Of a stretch of 64,000 nt of DNA, positions 59,625 through 64,000 are shown piece after piece. Origin of the DNA: Chloroflexota bacterium (GTDB lineage Bacteria; Chloroflexota; Dehalococcoidia; Lucifugimonadales; QGNO01). The first letter of the stretch is position 1. Each line of letters begins with the position of its first letter. The stretch lies in contig QGNO01000006.1 of NCBI GenBank assembly GCA_003228195.2, forward strand, positions 99 to 64,098, in the 5' to 3' direction. Below the pieces are notes generated by a model that was not told the origin of the DNA, did no database searches, and saw nothing but the letters and a program-made list of their open reading frames with translations. Made by a program: the position numbers and the translations under genes.

Positions 59625-60419
59625 ATGGTAACAAGCCAGGCTATTGAGCGGACGGCGGAGTTGATTAAGAAATCAAAGCACGCTATAGCAATAACCGGGG
59701 CTGGAATGAGCGCTGAAAGTGGGATTCCTACCTATAGAGGCAAAGGAGGTCTTTGGACTTCTTTGGGGGAGCCAGACCCACGGAGCTATGACACATTCTT
59801 GGTGGACCCGAAGTCTTGGTGGGAAAAGTCTATGGGCTCCAAGGAGATTGAAGAATCTGAGCCCAGGCAGAGATTCAGGCGTGCTTTAGAATCAGGGAAA
59901 CCGAATGCGGGGCACTACGCTTTAGCACATCTGGAACAAATCGGATTAATAAAGCACACAATCACGCAGAATGTTGACGGATTGCACCGCATGGCCGGCA
60001 GCCGGCAGCTTTCAGAAATACATGGCAACAGACTTTTGCTTCGTTGCATGGACTGCTCTCTGAGGCTACCTAGGGCAGAATTTCGAATAAGAAAAATGCC
60101 CCCACTTTGTCCTGAATGCGGTGGAATTATAAAAGGGGATGGAGTAATGTTTGGTGAACCTATACCATGCGACGTACTTTCTAGATGCCTCGAAGAAACA
60201 AAAAAGACTGACTGTGTACTTGTTCTTGGGACTTCTGGGACGGTTTATCCAGCGGCAGGGTTACCATTGGAGGCTAAGGACCGGGGGGCCTGTTTGATAG
60301 AGATTAATTTAAATACCACGCCGATTTCTGACATATCAGATATATCACTAAGGCTACCAACCGGAGAAGCGCTTCCACTAATCGCGACTAGGATTATCAA
60401 GGAGTTATCCGTAGGGTAA
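59625..60419 (+). CDS. cobB: NAD-dependent protein deacylase (Sir2 family)
   Basis: ITGAGMSAESGIPTYRG, TQNVDGLH, Zn cysteines CMDC...CPECGG, and VLGTSGTVYPAA. Confidence 0.9.
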   Translation: MVTSQAIERTAELIKKSKHAIAITGAGMSAESGIPTYRGKGGLWTSLGEPDPRSYDTFLVDPKSWWEKSMGSKEIEESEPRQRFRRALESGKPNAGHYALAHLEQIGLIKHTITQNVDGLHRMAGSRQLSEIHGNRLLLRCMDCSLRLPRAEFRIRKMPPLCPECGGIIKGDGVMFGEPIPCDVLSRCLEETKKTDCVLVLGTSGTVYPAAGLPLEAKDRGACLIEINLNTTPISDISDISLRLPTGEALPLIATRIIKELSVG

Positions 60420-60435
60420 AAAGCTTTATGGATGA

Positions 60436-60465
60436 TTGACACGTTAAAGTGGCTGGAGCTAGAAT
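60436..60465 (+). promoter_or_regulatory. sigma70-type promoter candidate upstream of trkH
   Basis: TTGACA (60436-60441), an 18-nt spacer, then TAGAAT (60460-60465). A second extended -10 element, TGCTATAAT, lies at 60484-60492. Confidence 0.4.
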
Positions 60466-60606
60466 TTCTCGACGGCGCGACATTGCTATAATAGAGAATT
60501 AACAAAAGGCATAGATTACAAACGAAATTGCTCAAGATAAGTCAGGCATCATTGGAATTGAAGAGCTTTTAACTAACGCCAAGAAAGGCGAGGAGATAGA
60601 GGGATA

Positions 60607-62040
60607 TTGGCACGGTCTGGTTCCATAAGTGGAAGCGAACAGGGTTTTGATCCAAAGGGAGTAATGAGGCAAGATTTGCAGCCCGTTCATATTCCCATCG
60701 AGCCTCCTAGAAGGCCGGGGCGACGATTCGAATCGCCATTAATATTAATGTACGGTTTTGGAAGCCTTATTGCTATTGGGACCATTCTGCTGTGGCTCCC
60801 CTTTTTCAACGTACAGGGTGAATTCACCCCATTTTTGGATGCACTTTTCACCGCAACCTCGGCAGCAACTGTCACCGGCTTGGTTACACTCGACACGGCC
60901 ACTTACTGGAATTTCTCAGGACAACTAATCATAGCTTCTCTAATCCAGATAGGCGGACTGGGATTCATGAGCACGGCCACCTTTCTTCTTATCATATTCA
61001 CACAACGGATAAGTCTTACCAACCAACTGTTTATGGGTGATTTTCTGGGAGCCAGAAATGCCAGCGGTATAGCACGACTAACAATCCAGGTGGTGGCCCT
61101 GACATTAATTATCCAGGTGCTGGCGTTCGGGATAATATTCTGGCGATTTATTCCCATTTACGATTTACAAGAAGGTGCTTGGCAAGCAGCTTTTCTTACG
61201 ATATCAGCCTTTAATAACGCTGGATTCAATATTATTTCTAACTCTTCCAGCCTTGCGATATTCCGTGATGAGATGTGGGTTATTGGAACTGTTACCGTAC
61301 TGATCATATTTGGAAGTATCGGTTACTCAGTTCTCGTTGAGTCGTTCAGGCGTCGGCGTTTTGGGAGGTTCAGTCTCGACAGCAAATTGGTTATATTGAC
61401 CACAATGATCCTTTGGGTGGTGGGGACAACAGTGATGTTCGTGTCTGAATTTAACAACGAAGCCACTCTTAAGGGATCGCCGGTAGGATCTCAGATAATA
61501 GATTCTTTTGTCCAATCTGTTAGTGGTCGTACAGCAGGGTTTTCCACAATAGATTTTGGGGAAACTCAGCAACACACCAATTTTTTCTTTACTGGCCTCA
61601 TGTTTATAGGAGGCGCTTCCGGCTCAACCGCCGGAGGCATAAAAGTTAATACCGTGGCGGTTATACTTATCGCGGTAATGGCGACCATTAGGGGCAGGAA
61701 TCAACCCGAAGTATTTGGTCGTGAGATTCCATTTGGACAGATTCAGCGGGCGTTGGCCGTGTTGTCGTTGGCCGTGGTAGCGGTGTTTGTTGTGGCATTT
61801 CTCTTAGCGATAACGGAGCGATTTCCTTACGAAGATCTAATATTCGAAACTGTGTCTGCTTTTGGGACGGTAGGATTATCTACAGGGATTACCTCCGAAT
61901 TGACTTCTTGGGGAAGGTCAATAATTATTGCCACCATGTTTGTTGGACGGATTGGCCCGTTAACTATCGCTCTCGCATTGGGCCAAAGGCAGCAACGGGC
62001 AGTATACCGTTATTCTCAGGAAAGGGTTAGAATAGGGTAA
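60607..62040 (+). CDS. TrkH/KtrB family potassium uptake protein
   Basis: Repeated M1-P-M2 units with selectivity-type GxG motifs (TATVTGL, NAGFN, GRTAGFS, GTVGLSTG). The start is either TTG 60607 or ATG 60664. Confidence 0.88.
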   Translation: MARSGSISGSEQGFDPKGVMRQDLQPVHIPIEPPRRPGRRFESPLILMYGFGSLIAIGTILLWLPFFNVQGEFTPFLDALFTATSAATVTGLVTLDTATYWNFSGQLIIASLIQIGGLGFMSTATFLLIIFTQRISLTNQLFMGDFLGARNASGIARLTIQVVALTLIIQVLAFGIIFWRFIPIYDLQEGAWQAAFLTISAFNNAGFNIISNSSSLAIFRDEMWVIGTVTVLIIFGSIGYSVLVESFRRRRFGRFSLDSKLVILTTMILWVVGTTVMFVSEFNNEATLKGSPVGSQIIDSFVQSVSGRTAGFSTIDFGETQQHTNFFFTGLMFIGGASGSTAGGIKVNTVAVILIAVMATIRGRNQPEVFGREIPFGQIQRALAVLSLAVVAVFVVAFLLAITERFPYEDLIFETVSAFGTVGLSTGITSELTSWGRSIIIATMFVGRIGPLTIALALGQRQQRAVYRYSQERVRIG

Positions 62041-62051
62041 GGGGAATTCTT

Positions 62052-62753
62052 ATGGCGAACCAAGCGATTGTAATCGGACTAGGGCGGTATGGGCAGAGTC
62101 TCGCGAAAGAGCTGTATACGCTAGGTTTTGATGTGCTCGGAATAGACATTGATGCACAAGTCGCCCAAGATTTTACAGATCAATTAACCTACGCGGTGAA
62201 GGCGGATGCAACCAGTGAATCGGTGCTAAGAGAGATGGGTGTCCCGAACTTTGATCTAGGGGTCGTGGCGATTGGAACGGATATACAATCCAGCGTAATG
62301 GCGACTCTTTTGCTTAAGACCCTAGGAGTTAAGCACGTAGTTGCTAGAGCAAACAACGACCTACATGCCAGCACACTTGAAAAACTAGGAGCTGATCGGG
62401 TTGTGTACCCGGAGCAAGAGGCAGGTCATCAATTGGCCCAAAATTTGTTTAATCCGAATGTCAGGGAATATGTGGAGATAACCAAAGACTTTGGAATCAG
62501 TGAGTTTAAGCCGCCTGATCACATTATTGGTATTACTTTGGAAGAAGCTGGTTTAGGAGGCACACGGGATAAATATGGCATAGCGGTCCTAGCCATTAAA
62601 AGGGGTAGGGATCCGATTTTATTCCCCGCTAAAGACGAAATAGTTGAGGCTTCGGACATACTTTTCGTTGCGGGGAAAACTGACCTTCTAGCGAGAGTAA
62701 CGCGAGGAGAATCTCCGCCATCAAAGAGCCGTACTGCCTCTAAGGTAAGCTAG
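62052..62753 (+). CDS. TrkA/KtrA potassium uptake regulatory protein
   Basis: RCK_N Rossmann fold IGLGRYGQSLA plus an RCK_C domain; 233 aa. Adjacent to trkH. Confidence 0.88.
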   Translation: MANQAIVIGLGRYGQSLAKELYTLGFDVLGIDIDAQVAQDFTDQLTYAVKADATSESVLREMGVPNFDLGVVAIGTDIQSSVMATLLLKTLGVKHVVARANNDLHASTLEKLGADRVVYPEQEAGHQLAQNLFNPNVREYVEITKDFGISEFKPPDHIIGITLEEAGLGGTRDKYGIAVLAIKRGRDPILFPAKDEIVEASDILFVAGKTDLLARVTRGESPPSKSRTASKVS

Positions 62754-62798
62754 GCAGGCAAAGAGCCTTGCCATAAGCGGGCAGGCGATAACTTTATA

Positions 62799-63623
62799 AT
62801 GCAGAAACTTGTTGCCTATTTGGGTCCAGAAGGAACATTTACCGAGAGTGCGGCTATTAAACATAGCCCGGATGCTAAATTGAAGCCGTATCCTAGTATT
62901 TCTTCTGTAGTAAGCGCCATCACTGATGGTGAGGCTGAGGAAGGAATCGTTCCAATAGAAAATAGTCTTCAGGGCTCCGTGAATGACACCTTGGACCTTC
63001 TTATACAACACCCCAAGACGTTTATAAGAGGTGAACTTGTGTTACCAGTCGAACACTGCTTGCTGGTGAAAAGGGGTAGCAAATGCGAGGATATAAGAGT
63101 TATATATTCACACCCCCAGGCGTTAGCTCAGTGTCGTAATTATTTGGAGGCGAACTTCTTTGGCGTGGTGACTGTTGCCTCTCTAAGTACGGCGGCAGCA
63201 GCAGACCAGGTGAAAAACTCGAAAGAGATAGATGCAGCCATAGGGACTACTCGAGCTGCGTCTCTGTACGGATTGGAGATTCTTGAAAAGAGGATTCAGG
63301 ACAATCAGTATAATGTGACTCGATTTGCTGTAATAGGGCCTTCCGATCACGAGCCTACTGGGCGTGACAAAACTTCGCTGTGCTTTTCGTTTGAGGACGA
63401 TAGACCGGGGCTGCTTTATGGGGTTATGAAGCAGTTTGCTGATCTAGAAATCAACTTGGGGAAAATTGAATCTAGGCCCACAGGGAAAAGCTTAGGGCAA
63501 TATATATTCCTAGTCGATCTTGATGGACACAGGGCTGGTCCTGCCGTTGCGAGGGCCATCGAATATCTGGACAAAGAGACGTCTTGGTTCCGTGTTTTCG
63601 GCTCGTATCCTCGCTACGAATAA
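62799..63623 (+). CDS. pheA: prephenate dehydratase
   Basis: YLGPEGTFTE, TRFAVIG, and an ACT domain with the ESRP motif (IESRPTGK). Confidence 0.9.
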   Translation: MQKLVAYLGPEGTFTESAAIKHSPDAKLKPYPSISSVVSAITDGEAEEGIVPIENSLQGSVNDTLDLLIQHPKTFIRGELVLPVEHCLLVKRGSKCEDIRVIYSHPQALAQCRNYLEANFFGVVTVASLSTAAAADQVKNSKEIDAAIGTTRAASLYGLEILEKRIQDNQYNVTRFAVIGPSDHEPTGRDKTSLCFSFEDDRPGLLYGVMKQFADLEINLGKIESRPTGKSLGQYIFLVDLDGHRAGPAVARAIEYLDKETSWFRVFGSYPRYE

Positions 63624-63630
63624 TTAGCGA

Positions 63631-63644
63631 CTGGCAATTGCCAG
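63631..63644. terminator. short palindrome between convergent pheA and the DUF2298-like gene
   Basis: CTGGCAATTGCCAG. The stem is only about 5 bp and there is no clear T-run. Confidence 0.2.
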
Positions 63645-63656
63645 AACTTCCACGGC

Positions 63657-64000
63657 CTAAACCGCATCAGATGTAGATATTTGATATATAGAAACCGAAT
63701 TGTTTACATATATTTTAGATACGCCATATTTATCCATACTTTCAAACTTAGCTAAGCCACTTTGTGGGTAATAAAGGCGCTCTAAATCTCCGATCACGAG
63801 ATAATCTACGTCATACATGTGTAGAATATCAGCAGCAATCGACTCGTTCGTGGTCGAGTATAGTGATTTCACATCTGAAAGTCGTTGCTGAATCCTGCGC
63901 TCACCCCCGCCTCGTTGCTGAGTTTGATGCCAGCTCCATCCTATGATTGAAGGGAGTCCTGTATAAATGGAGAAACGACCACCCCATCTATACAGATGTG
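63657..64000 (-). CDS. C-terminal fragment of a DUF2298-type membrane protein (putative glycosyltransferase), truncated by the window edge
   Basis: The frame is open from the window edge: ...TGLPSIIGWSWHQTQQRGG...YDVDYLVIGDLERLYY... This resembles the conserved C-terminus of DUF2298 proteins. The track M at 63872 is an internal GTG. Confidence 0.55.
   Translation of the reverse strand, partial: HLYRWGGRFSIYTGLPSIIGWSWHQTQQRGGGERRIQQRLSDVKSLYSTTNESIAADILHMYDVDYLVIGDLERLYYPQSGLAKFESMDKYGVSKIYVNNSVSIYQISTSDAV

Overview
This is a 64-kb stretch of a bacterial chromosome with about 60 genes. Coding is dense, GC looks like roughly 48-50% by eye, ribosome-binding sites are GGAGG-type, and TAA, TAG and TGA all act as stops. 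Almost everything is core housekeeping.

Gene content, left to right:
- 1-13.7 kb: rpmF-fabD-nusB-acpP, a family-4 uracil-DNA glycosylase, RNase J, FtsK, Mrp/ApbC plus a DUF59 protein, and sucA-sucB.
- 13.7-24 kb: uvrB, a hydantoinase/oxoprolinase A/B pair with a SAM methyltransferase, then ruvA-ruvC-yebC and recX-recA.
- 24-35.4 kb: a long minus-strand nitrogen-assimilation array of an OmpR-type regulator, GSII, GSI, gltB, gltD and nadE.
- 35.4-37.8 kb: a moeB/thiF-cysM-DUF4395 sulfur cluster.
- 38-50 kb: rplY, fmt, dnaA, obg, nadD, two paralogous double-hotdog proteins, pyrE, gyrB and tsaD.
- 50-64 kb: a cupin, tRNA-Ile(GAU), hflK-hflC, plsY, two MFS transporters, recF, a Sir2 deacylase, trkH-trkA, pheA, and the C-terminal end of a DUF2298-type membrane protein that runs off the window.

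dnaA sits at about 40 kb, where gene orientation flips from a minus block (13.7-39.8 kb) to a plus block (40-47 kb). The window therefore probably spans the replication origin.

I saw no CRISPR array, transposase, integrase, prophage or recognisable defence island, and no convincing novel multi-gene system.

The items most worth a second look are:
1. A roughly 390-nt leader upstream of moeB-cysM with terminator, antiterminator and anti-antiterminator hairpins and a Cys-codon sORF.
2. The sulfur-carrier-type cysteine cluster, which lacks a carrier gene and includes DUF4395.
3. The GSII-GSI-GOGAT-NadE array, headed by a response regulator whose receiver domain looks degenerate.
4. The tandem double-hotdog paralogues.
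5. A decayed McrB-N (DUF3578) gene with an in-frame TGA.
6. A RuvC whose catalytic N-terminus lies upstream of any canonical start codon.

The lineage is a guess only. RNase J, Ctc-type L25, GSII beside GSI and a GAAC-N4-GTTC SOS box fit a Chloroflexota-like or other Terrabacteria organism.

All functional calls come from recognising translated motifs by eye. No database search was run.
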